A DNA stretch of 64,000 nucleotides from Candidatus Microgenomates bacterium. Its GTDB lineage: Bacteria; Patescibacteriota; Microgenomatia; UBA1400; UBA12108. The position numbers and the translations under genes are program-made. Below are positions 50,767 to 59,699 of this stretch, piece by piece; positions within the stretch are counted from its first letter, which is position 1, and each line of letters opens with the position of its first letter. The DNA is taken from positions 26,129 to 90,128 of the forward strand of contig QEVC01000001.1 of the NCBI GenBank assembly GCA_003576945.1, in the 5' to 3' direction. The notes beneath the pieces were generated by a model. The model saw only the letters and a program-made list of their open reading frames with translations. It searched no databases and was not told the origin of the DNA.

Positions 50767-51048
50767 ATGTATAAACATATTGAAGGTGTGGTGGCGGTTC
50801 CAGTGACTAGAGATGGAAAAATCTTGATCATTAAGGATGGTGAAAACACAGGAAAGTCTGAGAAACTAGGATGGGATAGGGTTGGAGAGAGGAAGTCGAT
50901 TGAAGGATTAATGCAGTTTGTTGGTGGAGTTTGCGAAACTGACGATTTAATTGGAGAGCTAGTTAGAGAGGGATTTGAAGAGACCCAAATTCAATTTGCT
51001 CAAACTGATTTTGTTGAGTCGGGAGTTGGCACACTAAATAGACCATAA
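50767..51048 (+). CDS. Hypothetical small protein
   Basis: ORF only. Starts 2 nt after the previous stop. Confidence 0.3.
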   Translation: MYKHIEGVVAVPVTRDGKILIIKDGENTGKSEKLGWDRVGERKSIEGLMQFVGGVCETDDLIGELVREGFEETQIQFAQTDFVESGVGTLNRP

Positions 51049-51252
51049 GAGGGCAAATGGTGAGGTTATGATGGTAGGAGTAAGTATATATTGGTTGTTG
51101 TTAAGTGAAGAAACGGAAAGATTATTAGTGGGGAATGGGGCAGTTAAAATGACGGACGAACTACAGTTAAGAGAACGAGATATGATCATATATGGTTTGG
51201 TGAAAGATAAAGTTTCGGAAGTTATACTAGTTGAAAACTAATAGGAAATTAT

Positions 51253-52047
51253 ATGAAACGACTAATAATGGTGAAGCTAGGAGGCGGAGTAATCACAGAT
51301 AAGAACGTGCACTATGGATTGCGGGAGGATGTGTTATCCAGACTAGCTAGGGAGATAGCGGAAGGGTATCGAGAACTAGGGGAGACTAAACTAATTATTG
51401 GGAACGGGGCGGGGAGTTTTGCCCATTTTTCGGCGCATAAATACCGGACGACCGAAGGATTTGTAGATGAGAACTCGCGTATTGGGATGGGGTGGGTGCG
51501 ACACGATGCGGTTAAACTCAACCAAATAGTATGTGAACAATTATTGTCAGCTAATGTCCCGGTTTTCTCCTATTCACCATCATCTTTAATGAGCATAGAT
51601 CAGCGAAAAACGAAGAAAATATTTATTGATCCAGTGGTAGATGGTTTAGCGATGGGGATAGTGCCATTAGTTTATGGGGATGTAATGGTAGACGAGACTC
51701 GTGGATGTGATGTGTATTCGACTGAACGAGTGTTTGACGAGCTAGCGACTGTTTTTGCCAAAGATTATCGGGTACGAGTAATCCATGTGAGCGCAGAGGA
51801 GGGGGTTTATAAAACTGGACAAGCAAGCATTTTTGATGTTATTGATGCCGGTAATTTTAATGAGGTTAAGCAACACCTGGGAGGTTCGAAAGGAGTAGAT
51901 GTATCTGGGGGGATGTTGCACAAAGTAGAGGAGTGTCTGGCTTTAACAAAACTAGGAGTCGAGAGTTTAATAGTGAGTGGGATGATTGAGGGTAGAGTAA
52001 GGGATAGTATATTAGGAAAAACAGTTGAGGGGACAAAAATATGTTAG
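51253..52047 (+). CDS. Isopentenyl phosphate kinase (amino-acid-kinase fold)
   Basis: MVKLGGGVITDKNVHYGL...LIIGNGAGSFAHFSAHKY is the amino-acid-kinase-family glycine-rich loop in an IPK-like arrangement. Confidence 0.6.
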   Translation: MKRLIMVKLGGGVITDKNVHYGLREDVLSRLAREIAEGYRELGETKLIIGNGAGSFAHFSAHKYRTTEGFVDENSRIGMGWVRHDAVKLNQIVCEQLLSANVPVFSYSPSSLMSIDQRKTKKIFIDPVVDGLAMGIVPLVYGDVMVDETRGCDVYSTERVFDELATVFAKDYRVRVIHVSAEEGVYKTGQASIFDVIDAGNFNEVKQHLGGSKGVDVSGGMLHKVEECLALTKLGVESLIVSGMIEGRVRDSILGKTVEGTKIC

Positions 52048-52706
52048 ACCAAGCCAATATTCCAAATCATATTGCCATAATAATGGATGGAAATAGAAGA
52101 TGGGCTAAGGCCAAGGGCCTGCCAGTTATTGCAGGGCATGCCTACGCGGTAGAGAAGACCGTTGAAGAGTTGATAGAGCGCACGGGTGAGCTGGGAGTAG
52201 AGTATCTGACACTCTGGGCATTTTCGACTGAGAACTGGGGGAGAGCGAAAGATGAGGTGGCGGGCTTGATGAACCTGTTTAGGAAAGCGTTGGAAACTAA
52301 GGTAGGCAAGTTTATTGAGAAGGGGGCGAGACTTAAATTAATCGGGGATATGAGCAGGTTTAGTCAGGATATCCAGGAAGGGATGATGAGAGTGATGGAA
52401 AAGAGCAAGCAGAATACTAAAATTACTGTGAGTTTTGCCCTTAATTATGGGGGGAGAGATGAGATAAAGCGGGCAGTGGAAGTTGGGGGAGTAGATTTTG
52501 AGAAACATCTGGATACTTACGCTATGCCGGAGCCAGATCTGATTATTAGAACAGGAGGGGAGCAGAGAACGAGTGGGTTTTTGATGTGGAGTGGGGCGTA
52601 TGCGGAGTGGTATTTTACTGACCTACTATTCCCTGACTTTACACCACAAAAATTAGATTTGGCGATCGAGGAGTATCAAAAGAGGCAGAGGCGGTTTGGG
52701 AAGTGA
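52041..52706 (+). CDS. uppS: Undecaprenyl-diphosphate synthase (cis-prenyltransferase)
   Basis: HIAIIMDGNRRWAKAKGL...LTLWAFSTENWGRAKDEV...RTGGEQRTSGFLMW. Confidence 0.85.
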   Translation: MLDQANIPNHIAIIMDGNRRWAKAKGLPVIAGHAYAVEKTVEELIERTGELGVEYLTLWAFSTENWGRAKDEVAGLMNLFRKALETKVGKFIEKGARLKLIGDMSRFSQDIQEGMMRVMEKSKQNTKITVSFALNYGGRDEIKRAVEVGGVDFEKHLDTYAMPEPDLIIRTGGEQRTSGFLMWSGAYAEWYFTDLLFPDFTPQKLDLAIEEYQKRQRRFGK

Positions 52707-52856
52707 GGGGTAAATTGCTCACTAAATTAAGTTCGTCGCACCGTCACACAAAAAACCGATCATAAATTTCTGCTGAAATTTTGATCTATGTCTCGTCCTA
52801 CACGGACTGCGAATATTTTTTTGTTGTGAGATACGACTGCACTTAATGTTCGCAAT

Positions 52857-53249
52857 TTACCCAACAATGTCAATTTTGAAGACAACCTGGAGGATCTGGG
52901 CGATCCAGAAGGCGAGAAAGATTACGGCAAAACCAATGAGGGCGCTAGTAATAGTTTTTTTACCTTTTTCCTGGGCTTCTTTATCAGCCGCACCAGCGAG
53001 CATAGTAAAGCCGCCAGAGACGAGCATGCCAAAGAGAATAATCCCAGCGAGGGTTAGGAGCGTGGGGAGAATAGAGCTAATAATACTCCCTAGATTTCTG
53101 GTGTCGACAGATCCACCCCCAAGACCAAGGGCATTTTCGTAGGCACCGTAGTCAGCAAAGTCGGCTGCTCGTGCTTGAGGAACGAGAGTACATAGTACAT
53201 AGTACATAGTACATAGTTGAAAAGAGATATTTTTTAATTTTTTATTCAT
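52857..53249 (-). CDS. Small two-TM pilin-like protein (eighth paralogue, with signal peptide)
   Basis: MNKKLKNISFQLCTMYYVLCTLVPQARA... then MLVSGGFTMLAGAADKEAQEKGKKTITSALIGFAVIFLAFWIAQILQ. Confidence 0.5.
   Translation of the reverse strand: MNKKLKNISFQLCTMYYVLCTLVPQARAADFADYGAYENALGLGGGSVDTRNLGSIISSILPTLLTLAGIILFGMLVSGGFTMLAGAADKEAQEKGKKTITSALIGFAVIFLAFWIAQILQVVFKIDIVG
53188..53216. repeat. (GTACATAG)x3.5 tandem repeat encoding the signal-peptide core LCTMYYVLC
   Basis: Seen directly. Confidence 0.55.
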
Positions 53250-53251
53250 GA

Positions 53252-53668
53252 TCAGTTAAATCCTGGTAATTGAATGATATCACCCGCCACAATCCGAAGC
53301 AGGGTGACTGAGAAGATGATAAAGAGAAGTCCGGTAATCGCGCTAGTAAAGAGTTCTTTGCCTTTTTTTACCTGTTCGGCGTTATCGCCACCTGTCATAA
53401 TCTGGATGGTGGCAATGAGCATAATAACGAGCGAGATGGCGCCGGCGGTACCGGCGAGGAACTTGAGGAGCGAGACAGTAAAACCTTTAGTTTCAACGCT
53501 TAAACACCCAAGCGCAGTATCAACTGCGGTGTCGCCACAATCACCGTTTGGATTGATGGCGTGAGCGGGTGAGGAAAGAGCGGAAAAGGAGATTAAGACC
53601 GAAGCTAAGATGGTCGCGAGATATGTTAGGATAGAGACATGGTTTCTCTCTGGAAAAAGCTTTTTCAT
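53252..53668 (-). CDS. Secreted two-TM protein ending in IIQLPGFN (LPGF module; VirB2/TrbC-like candidate)
   Basis: Signal peptide, two Cys, then LLKFLAGTAGAISLVIMLIATIQIMTGGDNAEQVKKGKELFTSAITGLLFIIFSVTLLRIVAGDIIQLPGFN. This is homologous to the C-terminus of the 960-aa protein. Confidence 0.5.
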   Translation of the reverse strand: MKKLFPERNHVSILTYLATILASVLISFSALSSPAHAINPNGDCGDTAVDTALGCLSVETKGFTVSLLKFLAGTAGAISLVIMLIATIQIMTGGDNAEQVKKGKELFTSAITGLLFIIFSVTLLRIVAGDIIQLPGFN

Positions 53669-55348
53669 AGAATAGTGTTTTTGCTGTTTCTTATCCTGAT
53701 AATTGTATCACACCAGATCGTGAGGAACGTAAGCGCAGAGAGTCTGGAAGAAATTGAGAAACAAATTGCGGATTTGACTAACCAGTTACAACTATCACAA
53801 GCAGCAACAACACCGCTTGAAGCAGAGGTTTCTAAGCTGCAAAAGCAGATAACAAACATACAAAGCCAAATTAAGCAGTATGAAGGTGAAATCCAAGAAC
53901 TAGGCAAGAATATCGAGAATAGAGAAGACAAAATAAAAACACAGTATTTAATATTGGGGGCTAAGGTGCGAGATTATTATAAGAAAACGAGATTCTACTC
54001 ACCACTATTAACCTTGCTGTCTTCACAAAGTGCGGGGGAATTAACCAGAGAGCTCACATATAAGGAGGCGACAGCAGACGAAGACAAAGAGATGATTGTT
54101 GCGATTACCAGAGAAATAATTCAGTTGGAGGCGGACAAAAAGAAACTAGAGTCAGATAAGGTAAGGCTCGCCGCCCTGCAGCAGAAGATTGACGCTCAGA
54201 AGGCATTTTTTGAGAAAGAGATCGCTGGAGCGAAGAAGTGGCAACAAGAGTTGTCGGGAAAGATCGCGACATTGACGGCGAAACAGCAAGCGATTTTGTC
54301 GGAGAAATCAGGAACATTTCAAACTACGGTAGGAGATGTGCCGCTCGCAGATGATCCAGCATCGAGACCAGACTATAATCCTGGTTTCTCGCCAGCGTTC
54401 GCGGCCTTCTCATTTGGGGCACCCCATTTTAAGGGGATGAGTCAGTATGGAGCATATGGTCGAGCTAAGCAGGGGCAAAACTACGAAACGATTTTGAAAG
54501 CATATTATGGCAACGGCATAGAGATTAAGGATCATAACCCCGATGCACAAATTGTGGTGGAAGGATATGGAAGCTTTAGTCTCGAAGAGTACGCCAAGCG
54601 AATTTATGAGATGCCGGGCTCGTGGGGCGACGAAGGAGGAATGGAAGCACTAAAGGCACAAGCAATTGCGGCCCGTAGCTACGCGCTCGCACGTGGAGGG
54701 ACAATCTGTGCGACTGAATCATGTCAGGTGTTTAAACCTAGTCCAAAAGGCGGTAGGTGGGAAGAGGCGGTTAATGCAACGAGAGGCAAAGTGGTATATG
54801 CGAATGGCAGCCCACTTTCGACTTGGTATGCGTCGACATCTGGGGGATACCAAGAGAGTTATAGTAGTAATGGGTATAGTACCCCAGGTTTTTGGGATAC
54901 TAGTAATGGTCAAGCTGGCTGGACCGCACAGGCATACGAAAAGATTGCAGGGTCACCATGGTTTTATAAAGCATGGTACAAGACGAGATCGGGTGACTCT
55001 TGTGGACGGAGCAATCCCTGGCTTACTAGTGAAGAGATGGCGGACATCCTGAACGCGTGGGTGGTGTTGTATCAAGGTGGTGGAGAGGCGGGGAGAGTAA
55101 CCCCAGAGTCGAGTTGTTGGGGAGGGAGCCCGTATAGCAAGAGTGATTTGGCGAGCATTGGCGGATACACTAGCGTGAATGATATCCGGGTGACGTATAG
55201 TGGGAATGGGGCGACCGCGAACGTGATTGCGACGACTAACCGGGGGAGTGTGACGATTGCTGGGAGCGAATTTTATAAGGCATTTAATCTGCGTGCGCCA
55301 GCACGGATCTCACTAAAGTCAGGGCTATTTAATATTGAGCGCAAGTAA
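53639..55348 (+). CDS. SpoIID/LytB-domain protein with N-terminal TM and coiled coil
   Basis: MSQYGAYGRAKQGQNYETILKAYYGNG...ALKAQAIAARSYAL is the SpoIID/LytB signature. Residues 30-230 are a long heptad-rich coiled coil. Confidence 0.65.
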   Translation: MVSLWKKLFHRIVFLLFLILIIVSHQIVRNVSAESLEEIEKQIADLTNQLQLSQAATTPLEAEVSKLQKQITNIQSQIKQYEGEIQELGKNIENREDKIKTQYLILGAKVRDYYKKTRFYSPLLTLLSSQSAGELTRELTYKEATADEDKEMIVAITREIIQLEADKKKLESDKVRLAALQQKIDAQKAFFEKEIAGAKKWQQELSGKIATLTAKQQAILSEKSGTFQTTVGDVPLADDPASRPDYNPGFSPAFAAFSFGAPHFKGMSQYGAYGRAKQGQNYETILKAYYGNGIEIKDHNPDAQIVVEGYGSFSLEEYAKRIYEMPGSWGDEGGMEALKAQAIAARSYALARGGTICATESCQVFKPSPKGGRWEEAVNATRGKVVYANGSPLSTWYASTSGGYQESYSSNGYSTPGFWDTSNGQAGWTAQAYEKIAGSPWFYKAWYKTRSGDSCGRSNPWLTSEEMADILNAWVVLYQGGGEAGRVTPESSCWGGSPYSKSDLASIGGYTSVNDIRVTYSGNGATANVIATTNRGSVTIAGSEFYKAFNLRAPARISLKSGLFNIERK

Positions 55349-55366
55349 TTGTGATACCATATACTT

Positions 55367-56035
55367 ATGCCAGATGTGTATGTTGCACAAAAGCCTGAAG
55401 AAAAAAAGAGCATGGAAAAACAAACAGAGCGAAAGTCGGTGACACAGTTGAAAACAATGGTGGAGAAGATGGGAGGGGACACTCTGTTCACTTCGTTTGC
55501 GTCATTCCCCAAACATATATGTTTTCAGACACAAGAAGACGAAGAAGTAATTGTGCTATTTATGCGTCAGCACTTTTTGGTGAATATTCCATGGATAGTA
55601 TTGTCGATATTTATGTTAACGCTTCCTTCGGTATTTGCCTTCTTCCCCCCATATGCTGCACTAAGCACGAGTTTTCAGTTTGTGGTCTCGTTAGGCTGGT
55701 ATTTATTTGTTTCTGGTTATACACTTGCGAAGTTGATGGGATGGTTTTTTAACATTTATATAGTGACAGATGAGCGAATAGTGGATGTCGACTTTAAAAA
55801 CATTTTCTTTAGAAAGATTTCGACAGCCAAGATAGAGGAGATCCAGGATATTAATGTGCAAGCCTCTGGTTCCTTTGAGACCTTTTTTGGGTATGGGAGT
55901 GTGTTTATTCAAACCGCAGCAGAGGTTCCAGAATTTGAATTTGTTGCTATTCCACATCCAGATCGTGTGGGAAAAATCCTCAACCAACTAATTGATCATG
56001 AGGAACAAGAGAAGATTGAGGGGAGGGTCAAATAA
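55367..56035 (+). CDS. Membrane protein with a bacterial PH (bPH_2/YdbT-like) domain
   Basis: Two TM helices, then YIVTDERIVDVDFKNIFFRKISTAKIEEIQDINVQ, a bPH pattern. Confidence 0.45.
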   Translation: MPDVYVAQKPEEKKSMEKQTERKSVTQLKTMVEKMGGDTLFTSFASFPKHICFQTQEDEEVIVLFMRQHFLVNIPWIVLSIFMLTLPSVFAFFPPYAALSTSFQFVVSLGWYLFVSGYTLAKLMGWFFNIYIVTDERIVDVDFKNIFFRKISTAKIEEIQDINVQASGSFETFFGYGSVFIQTAAEVPEFEFVAIPHPDRVGKILNQLIDHEEQEKIEGRVK

Positions 56036-56036
56036 A

Positions 56037-56267
56037 ATGGAAACACTCGCATTTTTGGATGGTTTGAGTTTAATGTTATTTGTGAAGTTTTTGCTTGTCA
56101 CACTCCTAGCGATTTATGCGATTTTTGCGCTACTAATGATGAAGCAAATTAATGCGATGACAAGAGCGGTTACAATGCAAGATGACTATATTATTCGTGG
56201 TTTGGGAGCGCTGCATTTTGGGTTTGCAGTCATGGTGTGGATACTATCTTTGCTCCCAGCCGCATAG
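56037..56267 (+). CDS. Small two-TM membrane protein
   Basis: METLAFLDGLSLMLFVKFLLVTLLAIYAIF... Start chosen at the internal ATG. Confidence 0.3.
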   Translation: METLAFLDGLSLMLFVKFLLVTLLAIYAIFALLMMKQINAMTRAVTMQDDYIIRGLGALHFGFAVMVWILSLLPAA

Positions 56268-56284
56268 ACAAGAGTGTTATAAAA

Positions 56285-58069
56285 ATGATAACCACAAATG
56301 CCCATAGTTTGGTTGGAAGCTCGACGAAAAACTCTTGGTCTCAAGCGCAGAGTCTAACAAATAATCATCAAACAGTTTCATTAGTTATTAACTTGAAGAT
56401 TTTGGGAGAGGAGGGGGTAATCGACTTGGCATCGATTGGTGGAGCTATTTTTGAAAAATTTCACGAGCAGGGCAAGATGTATCGGACACCAGTGGAGTGG
56501 CAAGAATTTCTCGAGAGTGAACTGGGTGATGTGACCCACGAGGTAGAAGTTTCGGTTGTAGTTGTTTGTATTTATGACGAGACTGTATGGCTTTGGGGGA
56601 AGGGCAAAACTGGGGCAAGACTATATCGTGAGGGTCGCTTTATCACACTAGTAGAGGGAGATAAATGGGAAGAGGGATTAGCGGGCACAATTACACATAA
56701 TGACATTCTAATTATAGGGACAGAGAAGGGGATAGAGACCAGTACAGAACCTCATTTAATGGAAACGATTAAGAGTGGGGTCTTAAACTATATCGAAACA
56801 TTGGCACCCTTGATTCACTTACGCCCAGAACAAGCAGAAATGGCAATGGTAATGCTCGAATGCATTGCTGATAGTGATAGTGACGGCCGCGAATTGTTGC
56901 ATGAGGCTAAGAATCCAAATATATTAACCAAGAAAAAATTCCCAGAGATTGTGGTTAGAAGAATGAGAGAAGAACCAAGAAAGTTTAACCTTCTACTTGG
57001 TTCGATGTTGGGAGTGATACTGATAATCCTAATCATCACCGGTGCATATGTGAGGATTGAGAAAAAGGCAAAAAGTGAGTATGAAACAGCTGTGAGTCGC
57101 TCAGAAAATATGATTAGAGAAGCTGAGGATGTGGCGGAGAGCAACCCAGAGCGTTCCAAGATACTAATCTCACAGAGCATAGAAGTCCTAGAACTATACC
57201 TTGCCACCAGACCTAAGTCTAATTATGAAGCAGCAGCGAAGAGTGGTCTCGAAAGGATTAGGAATAAGGAGCAGGAAATTTTGAAAGTAAGAGGAACAAC
57301 ACTTTCGCCAACAATCGAACTTTCACTCTTATCAGAGAATTTAAAAAGTGATCAAATCGTGGATGATGGCAGTGGGTCTATGTACTTTTGGGACGACAGT
57401 AGCCGAAGTATTGTGGGTGTTTCGGTAAAAGATCTTTCGAAAGTGACTTTTAATGTAGAGAACGAAAGGTTTGTGAGACCATTTAGCACAAGAGATGGGG
57501 TATATACTGGCTTTTCGGCGGGAGGGATTTGGAGTGGGAGTAAGAGTGAACAAAAAGTTGTAGTTCCTACGGATTCTGAGTGGGGGGAGATATCGCAAGT
57601 TGCGACTTTTGGGAACAACATTTATTTATTAGACAGAGGGTTGGGTGAGATCTGGAAATATGCCGCGACTGATACGGGCTACGCTGAGAGAAAGAGGTGG
57701 TTTGGCAAGGGGATAGTGCTTGATCTATCGAGGGTGGTCGACTGGGTGGTAGATGGCGATATCTGGCTACTGACTAGTAGTGGAAAACTGGAAAAGTATT
57801 CGAGGGGAGTTCCAGCCAACTTTGTCCTTACCGGGTTTCCGAGTGAGAGCGAGACGGGTGGGTTGGTTGACCCAATCGCACTGAGCATAGTGGATGACAA
57901 GATTTATGTCCTCGAAAGGGGAGCTAAGCGAGTAGTGACGTTTGGACTGGATGGCAAGTATGTGGAGCAGTATGTGTCAGAAGATTTTGGGAGAGCGAGC
58001 GACTTGATGGTGTACGAGGGTAAGGGCTACGCACTAGTGGACAATGTGATAAAGGAGTGGGAGCTGTAG
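56285..58069 (+). CDS. Hypothetical protein with a central TM (cytoplasmic N-domain, extracytoplasmic beta-rich C-domain)
   Basis: About 595 aa with a TM at LLLGSMLGVILIILIITGAYV. No motif recognised. Confidence 0.35.
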   Translation: MITTNAHSLVGSSTKNSWSQAQSLTNNHQTVSLVINLKILGEEGVIDLASIGGAIFEKFHEQGKMYRTPVEWQEFLESELGDVTHEVEVSVVVVCIYDETVWLWGKGKTGARLYREGRFITLVEGDKWEEGLAGTITHNDILIIGTEKGIETSTEPHLMETIKSGVLNYIETLAPLIHLRPEQAEMAMVMLECIADSDSDGRELLHEAKNPNILTKKKFPEIVVRRMREEPRKFNLLLGSMLGVILIILIITGAYVRIEKKAKSEYETAVSRSENMIREAEDVAESNPERSKILISQSIEVLELYLATRPKSNYEAAAKSGLERIRNKEQEILKVRGTTLSPTIELSLLSENLKSDQIVDDGSGSMYFWDDSSRSIVGVSVKDLSKVTFNVENERFVRPFSTRDGVYTGFSAGGIWSGSKSEQKVVVPTDSEWGEISQVATFGNNIYLLDRGLGEIWKYAATDTGYAERKRWFGKGIVLDLSRVVDWVVDGDIWLLTSSGKLEKYSRGVPANFVLTGFPSESETGGLVDPIALSIVDDKIYVLERGAKRVVTFGLDGKYVEQYVSEDFGRASDLMVYEGKGYALVDNVIKEWEL

Positions 58070-58216
58070 GAACTGTCAGTCTGCAATGCAATTTGTTACT
58101 CCGGATTGCGCGTCAGTCAGGAAAAATTTCCTCAATTGCTACGCGCTTCGTCGATTTTTCTTGAACAGATGCTCGTATGTCGTACAAATTGATCCCAGGC
58201 TGACATGGGGTAGAAT

Positions 58217-58654
58217 ATGGTTATGATAGTTAACAAATTGGCCAAAAGAGATTACAGCATTACTGACACGTGGGTGGCGGGAGTGGTGCTCACGGGTGCG
58301 GAGGTAAAGAGCCTGCGTGGGGAGCGAGGAAGCCTGAGAGATGGGTACGTAAAGATAATTAACGGTGAATTGTTTTTGATAGGAGCAGATATTCCGATGT
58401 ATGGCCACTTTTCCGGCCAGAACTACGATGCCAAAAGATCAAGAAAACTACTACTCAAGGCAACAGAGATTGAGAAGATTGTGATGAAGATAGAGGGAAA
58501 GAACCTGACACTCGTGCCACTGAGATTATTTTTTAAAGGACGATGGGTAAAGTGCGAGATAGGATTAGGTAAGGGCAAGAAAGAGTGGGAGAAGCGAGCG
58601 GATATTAAGAAGCGGGATGTGGAGAGGGAGTTGGCGAAGGCAATGAAGAATTAG
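58217..58654 (+). CDS. smpB: SsrA-binding protein
   Basis: DYSITDTWVAGVVLTGAEVKSLRGERGSLRDGYVKIINGELFLIGADIPMY and a basic C-tail. Confidence 0.8.
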   Translation: MVMIVNKLAKRDYSITDTWVAGVVLTGAEVKSLRGERGSLRDGYVKIINGELFLIGADIPMYGHFSGQNYDAKRSRKLLLKATEIEKIVMKIEGKNLTLVPLRLFFKGRWVKCEIGLGKGKKEWEKRADIKKRDVERELAKAMKN

Positions 58655-58701
58655 TCGTAAATCCGTAGAGCAGTATATCCGTTTATCTGTGTATCTCTGT
58701 G

Positions 58702-59112
58702 TGGAGACGGAGGGCAGTGAGCCCTCGTCCGGAGCGAGCTTTTAACATCATCTACATACTTGTTTAGTGTTTAAGAGTTTTACCTCTCTAAATATAGGAA
58801 ACTAACAACCAACTATTTAGCGAGGGTAGTCGTTTGTTTGGGTCTGAGCGACTAGTTCAGACTTACGGCTCATGTTTGTTTCCGCCTGTTATTTTCCCAT
58901 GAGCGAGTAGATAACGAGACGCAGAATAATTAAGCAGTGTATGCGTAATTAGCTGAACCAAAGATGGCATTTTCCATTGCTAGAAAAGCATTTTTGGCTG
59001 TCTGTACAAAAGATTTGACAGATATTTTTTGACTCTGTTTTACGACTTCTCTAGTCAAAGTCGGTATGCAGATGTTAAAGAGCGATTCGCCTCGTCAAAG
59101 CAAGACGTCCCC
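58702..59112 (-). ncRNA. ssrA: Candidate tmRNA (ssrA), convergent with smpB
   Basis: The minus strand starts GGGGACGTCTTGCTTTGACGAGGCGAAUCG (compare E. coli GGGGCUGAUUCUGGAUUCGACGGGAUU). It ends GGAC-GAGGG-CTCACTG-CCCTC-CGTCTCC-A, a T-arm plus a 7-nt acceptor 3' strand that pairs with the 5' GGGGACG, then the discriminator. About 411 nt. An open frame at nt 40-183 ends ...FGSANYAYTA-TAA and could be the tag. Confidence 0.5.
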
Positions 59113-59135
59113 AATACGCTATATTATAACATAGG

Positions 59136-59696
59136 ATGGCAATATTAGATTGGATATATCCTAAAAAATGCCTAGGATGTGGGGTTTGGGGGAGTTATAT
59201 TTGCCTGAGTTGTCAGAGGAGCATCAAACGTCGTGGCGATGGCCTGCGGTATGAGGGAGTAATCCGCCAGGCTATTAAGGAGATTAAGTATCGAGGGACG
59301 TATGATCTGGTGGCCGAGTTGGTGTCAATCTGGAACCCACAAAAGCCATCTGGAGAGATTTTGGTTACAGCAGTGCCAATGTGGGCGGGTAAGGAGCGAA
59401 AAAGAGGTTATAACCAGGCCGAGTTAATCGCGCGATGTGTAGCGCGACGGTGGTCTAAGCCGTACGCGGAACTACTAACACGAGTGCGGGAAACCAGGCC
59501 TATGTATGGGCTGAGCAAAGTTGAGAGAAAGGAGAATGTGTGGCGAGCTTTTAGAGTTAACAACCAGAAGCCGCAAATAGGCAAGGTAATTCTGATAGAT
59601 GATGTCTGGACGAGTGGGGCGACGATGCGGGAGTGTACGACAGAACTGAAGAAGGCTGGGTGGGGAGTGGTGGAAGGTATGGCACTTGCCAGTTAG
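59136..59696 (+). CDS. comF: ComF-family protein (double zinc ribbon plus phosphoribosyltransferase domain)
   Basis: CLGCGVWGSYICLSCQ ribbon and the PRTase motif VILIDDVWTSGATMRE. Confidence 0.7.
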   Translation: MAILDWIYPKKCLGCGVWGSYICLSCQRSIKRRGDGLRYEGVIRQAIKEIKYRGTYDLVAELVSIWNPQKPSGEILVTAVPMWAGKERKRGYNQAELIARCVARRWSKPYAELLTRVRETRPMYGLSKVERKENVWRAFRVNNQKPQIGKVILIDDVWTSGATMRECTTELKKAGWGVVEGMALAS

Positions 59697-59699
59697 AGA

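Noticed and set aside
58690-58760. Alternative tmRNA tag frame ending ...QTNDYPR-stop near the 3' end
   Set aside because: It is too close to the tRNA-like 3' domain and has an atypical C-terminus. The earlier frame ending ...ANYAYTA is more plausible, and both are left as uncertain.
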